Positions 1 to 8,043 of a stretch of 12,448 bases of DNA are shown piece by piece; position 1 is the stretch's first letter; each line of letters starts with the position of its first letter. Origin of the DNA: Chlamydiia bacterium (lineage in GTDB: Bacteria > Chlamydiota > Chlamydiia > Chlamydiales > Parachlamydiaceae); the NCBI GenBank assembly GCA_038257035.1, contig JBBSJT010000070.1, positions 1-12,448 on the forward strand. Reading direction: 5' to 3'. The notes under the pieces were generated by a model. The model was not told the origin of the DNA. It saw only the letters and a program-made list of their open reading frames with translations, and did not search any database. The position numbers were made by a program, and so were the translations under genes.

Positions 1-2
1 AG

Positions 3-239
3 AATCTTTGCCATTCGACTTTATTAACACGACAAAAGAAACATTTTATAGGTTTGAGTGAAGAGATCAATTTAAAAACCGGTGTCAAAAAAGGAGCAAA
101 GATCAGTACCAATCAGCGAGAGGCAACGCTTACAAAAATCGTTGAAATTGCTAAAGAAATGGATCATCCATGTTACAAGAGCGCAAAAAAAATGTCGAAA
201 AAAAACAATGCCGTTAAACTTGAACAAAAAAAAATCTAA
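3..239 (+). CDS. 3' end of a gene entering from upstream of the window (unknown, Lys-rich C-terminus)
   Basis: The frame of the 54..239 ORF is open back to position 3 (NLCHSTLLTRQKKHFIGLSEE...). TAA at 237-239 is followed immediately by a strong terminator hairpin. Confidence 0.6.
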   Translation, partial: NLCHSTLLTRQKKHFIGLSEEINLKTGVKKGAKISTNQREATLTKIVEIAKEMDHPCYKSAKKMSKKNNAVKLEQKKI

Positions 240-245
240 AAAAGC

Positions 246-288
246 AGCCTGTACATCCTTTTCAAAGTGAAAGGATGTACAGGCTTTT
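246..288 (+). terminator. Intrinsic terminator of the upstream + strand gene
   Basis: Perfect 16-bp stem AGCCTGTACATCCTTT (246-261) / AAAGGATGTACAGGCT (270-285), ending in a T4 run, 6 nt after the stop codon. Confidence 0.8.
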
Positions 289-356
289 AAAACAATCCCC
301 TTAAAATATAGGTAAATGTAAAACTTTTATCAAGTCTTAATTAGGCAGATTTCAAT

Positions 357-389
357 AAAAAAAACCGAATGATCGTGAAAACATTCGGT
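357..389 (-). terminator. Intrinsic terminator of the alpha/beta hydrolase; diverged copy of the tRNA-Leu terminator
   Basis: Stem ACCGAATG (364-371) / CATTCGGT (382-389) with A8 at 357-364, giving a U-tract on the minus strand. The stem is identical to 3730-3758. Confidence 0.75.
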
Positions 390-437
390 ATAATTTGCCC
401 TTAACTGATCTTAGTTTTTAAAAAAGTTAAAGTTTTT

Positions 438-1322
438 TTATTCGGAGGTGTCAGAGTTAGTAGATAAAAACTTTTCAATTGAAGTAACAAGGGCAATTGG
501 AGTTTCTATCATAGGATAATGGCCAGAGGCTTTACAACATTCTAAATTAGCATTTGGGTACCACTCTAAAAATGTACTACGCATAAATGTTTCACTTCCC
601 TCAAAGTCATGCTCACCAATCAAAACTAAGATGGGTGTCTGCAAACCTTTAACTGCGGCGGAAAAGTCAGTATAAAAAAACATTTTCATGTAACCAAGTC
701 GAGCTTCACTTGTAGACCATTTACGATTTTCCATAACCATTTTTTTGGCAAACGCCTTGGTATAACGATTGCTGGTCAATGAATTGACGCATTCCATAGC
801 CGCTTCGTCATTACTTAGAGCAGCACTTTCAAAAAACTCCACCATTTCTTTAGGTACAGGGGATCCACAAGCAGGTACAGGTGTTATCGCCACAACGCTT
901 TTAACTCTGGATGGATTGTCTACGGCAATTTTTTGAACAATCATTCCAGACATAGAGTGTCCAATCAGATGAAATTTGTTCCAACCTAGGGATTCAATGA
1001 GCTTGATAGCATCTTTACTTGATTCTTCTGCTGAATATGCCCCTCTTATTTCTTTAGAACGACCATAGCCACGCAAGTCTACGAAGACGTAGGTGTAGTC
1101 ATTAGTATTAAGATAAGGAATCATAGAGTCATAACTTGTTGAATCACCCATCCAATGATGCATAACAAGTACTTTTTCTTTTCCGGATCCAATTTGCTTA
1201 TGCGCAATAAATTCCATACTTTGTGTCTCCAATGAATTGAGGGGTTGCACCGAGAAGGGCGACACGAAAGCTACAAGAATACCGATAAAAGCAATCAATT
1301 TTGAAAAAATATATTGAGGCAT
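438..1322 (-). CDS. Alpha/beta fold hydrolase (esterase/lactonase-like), with possible N-terminal signal peptide
   Basis: Nucleophile elbow GHSMSG, DLRGYGRS motif, candidate triad Asp (GEHD) and His (GHYP); hydrophobic N-terminus LIAFIGILVAFVSPF. Confidence 0.9.
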   Translation of the reverse strand: MPQYIFSKLIAFIGILVAFVSPFSVQPLNSLETQSMEFIAHKQIGSGKEKVLVMHHWMGDSTSYDSMIPYLNTNDYTYVFVDLRGYGRSKEIRGAYSAEESSKDAIKLIESLGWNKFHLIGHSMSGMIVQKIAVDNPSRVKSVVAITPVPACGSPVPKEMVEFFESAALSNDEAAMECVNSLTSNRYTKAFAKKMVMENRKWSTSEARLGYMKMFFYTDFSAAVKGLQTPILVLIGEHDFEGSETFMRSTFLEWYPNANLECCKASGHYPMIETPIALVTSIEKFLSTNSDTSE

Positions 1323-1558
1323 GAGAGGCTCTTGGTTCGTGATTAAGAGGCATTATGACAAAACTGACACTTTTACGCCAGACAAAAACTTAAAAGTTTC
1401 TTGAACCACTATCGATTTAGTTACAATGAGGAAAATGAACAAGTTAAGCTCGATTACAGTTTTCTTTCCAAATTTTTGATAACCCTATTTCGACTGTAAT
1501 GATGCTGGAACTGATTTCAAAATGATTTCTGTAAAAATAATAAAATCTTAAAAAAGAT

Positions 1559-2230
1559 TTAAGCATATTTAAAGGTTTGATGGCTGATTGATTTATGATG
1601 CCAGGAAGTAATGGCTTGTAATTGTAACTGGCTAATAATCGTTTGTGGACGACATTGTTTCACGTGGTCGATAGATTCTTCTATAGAGAGATTTTTTAGT
1701 TTAGAAAATGCTGCAATTGCTACGCTCACGCTCCTGCCCCTTCCTCCGGTACAATGGATGTAAACAGGTCCGAGAAGGCTCTGTTCTGCAACGAAGTTTA
1801 CGGCTTTTGCTAATGAATTGAGGTTTATTGGCTCAAGGTCGGGACTGGAAATTTTTAAATGACAAATATTTTTTTCTTCCCAATCATTTGTTTGAACAGG
1901 AGAGGAGAAAGGGAGGGGTTGAAATTCATAATCCTCATTAATCGAGAGTACTGATTTTACACCCAATTCGTAAATTTTTTGATGCTGATTCCAATTTTTT
2001 AATGGAATGGCGCCCAAATAAATTTCGTCAGAGATTTTTGTCCAATAAGGACGGCTAAGAGGCAGAAAAATAAATGAAATTTGTATGGAACAACGAGAAA
2101 TCCAACAAAAGAGACTTTTTGGCAAGAGTGTGTGTATAAGTTTAGTTATACGATAAATTAAACTATCATTTGAAGTTTGTGTTGGAATAGGTAAAAATGA
2201 ATTTTTACAAGATTGTTCAAGAGAGTTCAT
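1559..2230 (-). CDS. Dual-specificity phosphatase, PTPMT1-like
   Basis: CX5R loop YIHCTGGRGRS, plus WTKISDEIYLGAIP and GVKSVLSINEDYE motifs typical of the DSP/PTPMT1 fold. ATG 2230 is preceded by GGGG; the ORF is open to 2257. Confidence 0.88.
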   Translation of the reverse strand: MNSLEQSCKNSFLPIPTQTSNDSLIYRITKLIHTLLPKSLFCWISRCSIQISFIFLPLSRPYWTKISDEIYLGAIPLKNWNQHQKIYELGVKSVLSINEDYEFQPLPFSSPVQTNDWEEKNICHLKISSPDLEPINLNSLAKAVNFVAEQSLLGPVYIHCTGGRGRSVSVAIAAFSKLKNLSIEESIDHVKQCRPQTIISQLQLQAITSWHHKSISHQTFKYA

Positions 2231-2533
2231 AAAGCCCCATATTAAAAAATAAATCATTCGAAATGTTCAGTATAGTTGCCAACCAATAGACAATTACTCT
2301 ATCATTTTTTAAAGAATGCGCAACTTCGTCTTTTAAGGCCAATATAAAAAAGCATTTCCATCTTCAAAGGTAACATTTTGATAAGAGTTTTTTTTGCAAG
2401 TAGATGAGGGTTGCCCAAAAAATTGTGAAAGTTGGCAAAGAAAGATTATTATAAATTTTCAAGGAGGTAGGCATAAAACAGTCAATGATTGTATTATGAA
2501 AGTTCCGTTACAGAACTCTTACAAGCATGGAAA

Positions 2534-3055
2534 ATGGATATGTTAAAAACAGTATATGTTCTTATTGGGCCAAAAGGTAGCGGCAAAACCTATATCGGGT
2601 CTTTGCTGGAAAAAGAGATCGGTCTGAAATTTTTATCTGTAGAAAAATTAGGGCTATCGAATATCCCAAAATCAAAACTGAAAGGTGAAAAACTTATCCA
2701 GGAAGGCTTTCATCAGGAAGAAGCTGCTATAGATGAAATTTTAAAAACCCATAATGCTGTCAGTTTTGAATCAACTGGGGCACACCCATATCTGCATAAT
2801 GTACTTGCCAGGCTTCGGGTTAAGTTTAACGTCAAGCTGATAAGGATTTATGCACCGTTGGAAATATGTTATGAAAGAGTCAAAAGTAGAGATCAAAATG
2901 CTCACATACATGTTTCTGAAAAATTATTAAAAAAGATTAATGAAAATGCGTCAAGAGCAACCTTTGATTGGGATCTTGAGCTTGATAATTCTGATAAATT
3001 GACTGCCCTGGAAATTGTCCATGCATTTACTTCTAGTAATGGAAACTTCTCATAA
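2534..3055 (+). CDS. P-loop small-molecule kinase (shikimate/NMP kinase-like fold)
   Basis: N-terminal Walker A GPKGSGKT and lid motif APLEICYERVKSR. The start is more likely ATG 2534 or 2540 than TTG 2489. Confidence 0.8.
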   Translation: MDMLKTVYVLIGPKGSGKTYIGSLLEKEIGLKFLSVEKLGLSNIPKSKLKGEKLIQEGFHQEEAAIDEILKTHNAVSFESTGAHPYLHNVLARLRVKFNVKLIRIYAPLEICYERVKSRDQNAHIHVSEKLLKKINENASRATFDWDLELDNSDKLTALEIVHAFTSSNGNFS

Positions 3056-3264
3056 AGTAGAGGTGTATTTATAATTTTTTTGGACGAAATTGCTCGAAAA
3101 TTTAAAAGTATAATCTGTTTTTCGAGAAATAATAGTTGGTAAGGTTAAATTTGCACTACTTAGATTCTTCTAACTGAATATCTTAAAAAACGAAGGCTCT
3201 AGAGATGAGTTTAAGGTTTTTTTTGAAAAGTGCTTAAAATTTAGGCAAATAGCTTAAAAAAAAG

Positions 3265-3693
3265 TCAATGATTCGAAATAAAATTTAATAATGCTTTAAG
3301 CATTTTAGGATATTGAGTTTCAACATTTTTTAAAAAAATTGATTTGAAAAAAGGGGTCAAAAAACTACTTACACTGGTATTAACTGTTATTTTGGTTTTT
3401 GTAGGAGATATTATTTGATAATGAAGAGTACTTGTTTGAGTGAAGAAAGGTACTTTACATAGCATTTGATATTTTTTTTGTGGTTCAATTTCCGTAAACA
3501 ATACCGCTACATAAGCGTTTTTGTTTTTAACTTTTGCTCTTAAGATCGTTGTATTCCCTTCAATTTTTTTAACAGAGAAAGAGTCAAACTGATCTACCCA
3601 TTTTGGGAAATTATTATAGTCATTCAAAAAATTTAAAATTAAGGAAAGGGACGCATCTACCTCGACAGAATATTCATGATGCCATTTAAACAT
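3265..3693 (-). CDS. SRPBCC/polyketide-cyclase-like (START superfamily) protein, 142 aa
   Basis: MFKWHHEYSVEVDASLSLILNFLNDYNNFPKW fits the SRPBCC N-terminal pattern, with a long C-terminal helix. The ORF-track extension to 4212 runs through the tRNA and is spurious. Confidence 0.75.
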   Translation of the reverse strand: MFKWHHEYSVEVDASLSLILNFLNDYNNFPKWVDQFDSFSVKKIEGNTTILRAKVKNKNAYVAVLFTEIEPQKKYQMLCKVPFFTQTSTLHYQIISPTKTKITVNTSVSSFLTPFFKSIFLKNVETQYPKMLKALLNFISNH

Positions 3694-3719
3694 ACTTGTC
3701 TCTTTAAATTGTATTTTGC

Positions 3720-3758
3720 AAAAAAAAAAACCGAATGAATCATGAAGAAACATTCGGT
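3720..3758 (-). terminator. Intrinsic terminator of tRNA-Leu
   Basis: Stem ACCGAATG (3730-3737) / CATTCGGT (3751-3758) and A11 at 3720-3730 (U-tract on minus strand), 4 nt past the tRNA 3' end. Confidence 0.8.
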
Positions 3759-3762
3759 AAAT

Positions 3763-3845
3763 TGCCGATGACCGGACTCGAACCAGCACTTGGTTGCCCA
3801 AAGTAGATTTTGAGTCTACCGCGTCTACCATTTCGCCACATCGGC
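3763..3845 (-). tRNA. tRNA-Leu(CAA), 83 nt, CCA not encoded
   Basis: GCCGATG acceptor stem pairs with CATCGGC, discriminator A; D-loop AAATGGTAGA; anticodon arm GTAGA-CTCAAAA-TCTAC; long variable arm; T-loop GGTTCGAGTCC. Confidence 0.97.
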
Positions 3846-3863
3846 TTAAGATGAGAAAAGGCA

Positions 3864-3892
3864 AATATAGAATAAATTGAAGATTTTTGCAA
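3864..3892 (-). promoter_or_regulatory. Sigma70/sigma66-type promoter of tRNA-Leu
   Basis: TTGCAA (3892-3887), 17-nt spacer, TATATT (3869-3864), 18 nt upstream of the mature tRNA. Confidence 0.7.
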
Positions 3893-3895
3893 GCC

Positions 3896-4720
3896 TTATT
3901 TGCGTAAATAATTCTGATTGGCCTCTTTCCATGAGTAGACGACGCGTTCATCTTTTTCCCTGTCATGACGCACTTGTATACTGATGTAAGGGTAGGGGTG
4001 GCGATTGTCAAAGTCGCGGCCTTCCTTTTTGTTATACAACTTAACATAAATTTCTTTGTTATAAACAGGTGGCGTAGAAACGTTGGTATCCTCTTTCTCG
4101 TAAACTTTAAATTCTGTATACTCTTTTTTATTTGAGTAATCGGGGTTGGATTTATAAAAATCTTGGCAAAGTTGAATGATTTTTTCAGATAACTCTTCCA
4201 TCCCTTGCACATAAAATGAAACTTCCGCCCCGATCATATGTTTTGAATATTGATTGGAAATTGAAGGGTCCGAATAGGAGTTGTGTTCAGGACATCTATG
4301 ACCGCAGGTAATAACCACACGTTTTTCTGTTTTCGTTTGGATATAATTTAAGAGATCGATTAAAATAGGGTAGATAAATTCTTTGCCGTCCCTTAAAGGT
4401 AAGGAATGTTTTGATGAACCGCCGCAATCGTAGAAACGTTCAAGCGAATCTTTTGCTAAATGGCTTCTGACAGGATTTAGGCTGCTTCCTTTGCATCGAA
4501 AATATTCCTTGGTGATTCTTGGGAAATTGCCATTCATACCTCTTTCCCAAGAATAAGGGGTTTGCTTTTGTAGTTTTGGAATTTCGATTGGGAAATGATG
4601 TTCGTTATGAACCCGGTAGATGAATTCAGCCTTTTGATTTGGTTGTCGATGATGTTCATCACTTGATGAGGAGCATCCTGACAAAAGAAGTAGAAAAATA
4701 ATTTTAAGTAAAGTGTACAT
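3896..4720 (-). CDS. Conserved chlamydial lipoprotein with a degenerate peptidase M15-like domain (CT465-like)
   Basis: Lipobox LLLLSG-C16; ITCGHRCPEHN...SKHMIGAEVSF resembles the M15A pattern ITSGYRC..HN...SxHxxGxAxD; divergent from the HAD gene as in chlamydial genomes. Confidence 0.8.
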   Translation of the reverse strand: MYTLLKIIFLLLLSGCSSSSDEHHRQPNQKAEFIYRVHNEHHFPIEIPKLQKQTPYSWERGMNGNFPRITKEYFRCKGSSLNPVRSHLAKDSLERFYDCGGSSKHSLPLRDGKEFIYPILIDLLNYIQTKTEKRVVITCGHRCPEHNSYSDPSISNQYSKHMIGAEVSFYVQGMEELSEKIIQLCQDFYKSNPDYSNKKEYTEFKVYEKEDTNVSTPPVYNKEIYVKLYNKKEGRDFDNRHPYPYISIQVRHDREKDERVVYSWKEANQNYLRK

Positions 4721-4758
4721 ATTTTAAGAGTTTGATAAAAGTGGGATTAAAAAGCAAT

Positions 4759-5439
4759 ATGCGTTGGATTAATAAGTTTAAACTTTTTTTATTTGATTTT
4801 GATGGACTGCTCGTCAATACTGAAGAATTGCATTTTCAAGCCTATAAGATCATGTGTTCCAATCGGGGATTCAACCTTGATTGGTCATTTGAACGTTATT
4901 GCCAATCAGCCCATTATAGTGCAGACATATTAGGACGGGAGCTTTATGAAAAATTTCCTGAATTGCACAAAAAAGAGCCTTCCTGGGATGTTCTTTACCT
5001 TGAAAAGAAAAATATTATTGTCGATTTGCTAAAACAGGGTAAAGCTGTCCTCATGCCGGGTGTTAAAGAGCTTTTAGAAGCACTCGAGAAGGCTAATATC
5101 CAGAGGGTTGTTGTCACACATTCACCTTTGGAGTTAATTGAGGCGGCTCGTGATAATAATCCTATATTGCATACGATTCCTCATTGGATTACAAGACGTG
5201 ATTATACGCACCCAAAACCTAATTCTGAATGCTATTTAAAAGCTATTTCTTTATTTGGTGAAAATATTGATTCAATTATCGGTTTTGAAGATACTCCAAG
5301 GGGTTTAACGGCTTTACTTGGCACTCGGGCAACACCTGTACTCATTTGTACAGCCAAATACCCTGAAATCCCTTCATTTATTGAAAAGGGAGTCAAGCAT
5401 TTCCCTTCCTTCAACGCCATCACCGATAGCTCGTTGTGA
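4759..5439 (+). CDS. HAD-superfamily phosphatase (beta-PGM/phosphoglycolate phosphatase-like)
   Basis: Motif I LFDFDGLLVNT, motif II VVTHS, motif III PKP, motif IV GFEDT. ATG 4759 is preferred over TTG 4732. Confidence 0.9.
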   Translation: MRWINKFKLFLFDFDGLLVNTEELHFQAYKIMCSNRGFNLDWSFERYCQSAHYSADILGRELYEKFPELHKKEPSWDVLYLEKKNIIVDLLKQGKAVLMPGVKELLEALEKANIQRVVVTHSPLELIEAARDNNPILHTIPHWITRRDYTHPKPNSECYLKAISLFGENIDSIIGFEDTPRGLTALLGTRATPVLICTAKYPEIPSFIEKGVKHFPSFNAITDSSL

Positions 5440-5497
5440 TTTGGAAAGGTTTTTAAACGCGAGGTCGCGAAGGAACAATTCGATTTATTGAGGTTGT

Positions 5498-5600
5498 GAT
5501 TTTTTAACGCAAAGGCGCAAAGGGGCAAAGAAAAAAACTTTATGAGTGCATAAAGACTTATTTCATTCTTTGCGCCTTTGCGTCTTTGCGTTAAAAAATC
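5498..5600. repeat. Inverted-repeat element with 35-bp arms made of 3 x CGCAAAG(N) units
   Basis: 5498-5532 and 5566-5600 are reverse complements with 2 mismatches; inner hairpin CTTTATG/CATAAAG at 5538-5555. Confidence 0.9.
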
Positions 5601-5652
5601 TAAGAGTTTGTGAATTCCTAGAGAGGTCTTCTCTGTAATCATATTCTAAAAA

Positions 5653-6405
5653 TCAATAGTGGACTTGCATGAGGAAGAGGCCTTGCGGGGGAGCTGTCTT
5701 GCTAAGTTTTCGCCTATCTTTTTCGGCAAGTAGTGCAGCAATATCTTCATATTGTCTTTTACCACGCCCTATATCGACGAGGAAGCCTGTTAAATTGCGC
5801 ACCATTTTATAAAGGAACCCATCCCCTTCAAATTCAAGCCTAAAGCCCCCATCCTGCATGACAAGATCGATTCTTTTAATGGTACGCACAGCATCTTTTG
5901 CGGCGGATCCAAAATTTGACTTATTAGCAAAGGAGGTAAAATCGTGCGTCCCAATAAAATATTCTGCAGCTTTTTTAATTTTTACAAGATCCACAGCATG
6001 ATGCAAATGCCAGCGATATTTAACGGTAAACGGACAAAAGACAGGATCTAGATGGATGTGATAGTGGTAAATTTTGCCTTTGGTTTTAAAACGCGCATGA
6101 AAATCCGAAGAGACCTCTTCAATGTCTTTGATGCGAACGTCTTCCGGTAATAGAGAGTTCATTGAATATAGAAAACGTTTTTTATCAAGAATCTGATGAT
6201 GTTTAAAATGGGCAATTTGACCAATTGCATGAACACCGGTATCTGTTCTTCCTGAGCCATGAATGGTTATTTTCTCATTCAAAATCATCTCAAGTGTGTT
6301 TTGGATGACTGCTTGAATGGAAAGGCCATTTAATTGAAATTGCCAACCGGCGTAGCGTGTTCCATCGTAGCTGATTGTCATTTTGTAAGTATGCAAATTG
6401 TCCAT
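5653..6405 (-). CDS. truA: tRNA pseudouridine(38-40) synthase TruA
   Basis: ISYDGTRYAGWQ, catalytic GSGRTDTGVHAIGQ, FHARF, GTHDFTSF, GFLYKMVR and TAPPQGLFL motifs. Confidence 0.97.
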   Translation of the reverse strand: MDNLHTYKMTISYDGTRYAGWQFQLNGLSIQAVIQNTLEMILNEKITIHGSGRTDTGVHAIGQIAHFKHHQILDKKRFLYSMNSLLPEDVRIKDIEEVSSDFHARFKTKGKIYHYHIHLDPVFCPFTVKYRWHLHHAVDLVKIKKAAEYFIGTHDFTSFANKSNFGSAAKDAVRTIKRIDLVMQDGGFRLEFEGDGFLYKMVRNLTGFLVDIGRGKRQYEDIAALLAEKDRRKLSKTAPPQGLFLMQVHY

Positions 6406-7079
6406 TAAAAACTATCCAAAATCTTTTCAGCTAAGTTTAAATCTTCAGCCGTTGTGATTTTTATGTTTTGATAAGAGCTTAAAACAAGCTTAACCGGTTC
6501 ATTAAGATGTTCCACAAGGCTAGTATCATCGGTAACATCGATATTATTATTGTTATGATTGTATAAGAACGCTCTTTTAAGTAGTTCGTATTCAATGACT
6601 TGGGGGGTTTGTATTTCAAAAAGTTTCGTGCGATCCAATGTTTGCAAGACAAAGCCATCGGCGTTGACTTCCTTGACCGTATTTTTTAAAGGAACAGCAA
6701 GTGAAGAGGCTCCATGGATGGATGCTTGATGAATGGCTTCCAATACAAATGTTTTATTCAAGAAAGGTCTTGCACCATCATGAATGCAAACAAGGTTTGT
6801 ATCGGATGAAACTTTATGCAAACCATTATAAACCGAATCTTGCCTTCTTTTACCGGGGAGTGCAAACTTCAAGGGGATATGGGTCGGAACTTCAAAAAAA
6901 GAGTGGTATTGATCTTCGCAAACGACAATCATTTCCTTTAAATTAGGTAAGGTTAAAAGCCTCTCATAGCTATAGTTAACGATCGGTTTATCTTTTAACT
7001 TCAAATATTGTTTAGGAATTGTGGAATTCATTCTGCTGCCTTTTCCACCGGCAAGTAATATGACACTAACTGCTTTCAT
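6405..7079 (-). CDS. ispD: 2-C-methyl-D-erythritol 4-phosphate cytidylyltransferase
   Basis: LAGGKGSRM...PKQY, RQDSVYNGL, IHDGARPF, QTPQ, TDD and NIKITT motifs; TAATG overlap with truA. Confidence 0.97.
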   Translation of the reverse strand: MKAVSVILLAGGKGSRMNSTIPKQYLKLKDKPIVNYSYERLLTLPNLKEMIVVCEDQYHSFFEVPTHIPLKFALPGKRRQDSVYNGLHKVSSDTNLVCIHDGARPFLNKTFVLEAIHQASIHGASSLAVPLKNTVKEVNADGFVLQTLDRTKLFEIQTPQVIEYELLKRAFLYNHNNNNIDVTDDTSLVEHLNEPVKLVLSSYQNIKITTAEDLNLAEKILDSF

Positions 7080-8037
7080 TCGATTTCCTTTCCCGTTTAA
7101 AAGTCACTGTTAAAATTTCAGGCACTGCAAACCAGCGAAATTTCATCACACTACCAATGCCCCTATTGATATAAATTTTTTTTCCACTAAAATTTACTAA
7201 TCCACGAACCAAGCGATTATTTTCCATGGTAATAAATTTTTTTCTAAACCCCGGAAGATTCACTTGTCCGCCATGGGTATGACCGCTTAAAACAAGATCT
7301 GCGGGGTAATTGTTTAATAACTTCACACTGTCAGGATTATGGGTCAAAACAATTGTTGGAAATTGATGGTTTATTTTTTCATAAGCTTTTTCGGGAAGAC
7401 ATTTTCCAACACTATATTCCCCAAGGCCACAAAGATTGAGTCCGATATCTAAACTTGATGTTTCATTATGAAGCAGTTGGAATGGTGTTTCTTTTAATAA
7501 AATCCCAAGTTTCTCATGAAAGTTTGTATTTTCAGCAGACACACTTCTGATTCCCTTTAATGGAATTGACTTTGAAAAAAGACGTTTGAAACCTCTTGCA
7601 AGGGTGGAAGCTTTTGTTTTTACAACATCATATTCACCTTTTGAATTGACCGAAACAAAATCTTGGTAGTCATGATTGCCAAATATTGCAAAACAGCCAA
7701 AAGGTGCGTGTAAACTATCTAGAAATTTTTTTAATCTGTTTTCTTCCTCAAGATTTGAAAAGCAGATGAAGTCGCCTGTAAAAACAATCAGATCGGGTGA
7801 ATTTTTTAAAATATTTTTTTTAAGTTTATCTAAAAATCGGTCACTCATTTCAGAGCTAAAATGAAGATCGGTAAACTGAACAATTTTAAAGCCATCTAAA
7901 GCACCATTTGATGTTTCTAGGTCAAGCTTACTATGCCAAATCAGATTAGGCTCAATAAAGCGCGGCCAGATGCCCACCATCGAAATGCAGCACCAAAGAT
8001 CCCAGAGGATTTCTGTGATTGTGTATTTTTTTTTCAT
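7066..8037 (-). CDS. lpxG: Calcineurin-like metallophosphoesterase; probable chlamydial UDP-2,3-diacylglucosamine hydrolase LpxG
   Basis: DLH, GDF, GNHDY, THNPD and GHTHGGQ metal motifs with an N-terminal membrane anchor. It lies between SWIB and ispD, as CT461 (lpxG) does in C. trachomatis. Confidence 0.85.
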   Translation of the reverse strand: MKKKYTITEILWDLWCCISMVGIWPRFIEPNLIWHSKLDLETSNGALDGFKIVQFTDLHFSSEMSDRFLDKLKKNILKNSPDLIVFTGDFICFSNLEEENRLKKFLDSLHAPFGCFAIFGNHDYQDFVSVNSKGEYDVVKTKASTLARGFKRLFSKSIPLKGIRSVSAENTNFHEKLGILLKETPFQLLHNETSSLDIGLNLCGLGEYSVGKCLPEKAYEKINHQFPTIVLTHNPDSVKLLNNYPADLVLSGHTHGGQVNLPGFRKKFITMENNRLVRGLVNFSGKKIYINRGIGSVMKFRWFAVPEILTVTFKRERKSNESS

Positions 8038-8043
8038 ATTCCA

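Noticed and set aside
82..270. 62-aa + strand ORF
   Set aside because: Alternative frame overlapping the gene that ends at 239 and running into its terminator stem.
2461..2499. Perfect AAGGAGGT followed by a tiny ORF (MIVL, ATG 2485) as a possible leader peptide
   Set aside because: The SD-to-ATG distance is about 16 nt, too long, and there is no attenuator structure.
3093..3126. CTCGAAAA/TTTTCGAG inverted repeat between convergent genes
   Set aside because: Only 8 bp, AT-rich, with an 18-nt loop; compatible with chance.
3694..4212. N-terminal extension of the 315-aa ORF, suggesting a tRNA nested in a CDS
   Set aside because: It overlaps the lipoprotein gene in another frame and crosses the tRNA and its terminator. 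The SRPBCC domain starts cleanly at 3693.
5232..5642. 136-aa minus-strand ORF
   Set aside because: Antisense to the HAD gene and read through the CGCAAAG repeat; the RRKGAK and PLCAFAL stretches are repeat translations.
6701..7864. Short + strand ORFs 6701-6946 and 7676-7864
   Set aside because: Antisense shadows of ispD and lpxG with no motifs.
8026..8034. A9 run immediately after the lpxG start codon as a phase-variation tract
   Set aside because: Lys codons after ATG are common in AT-rich genomes, and many similar runs occur in the window.
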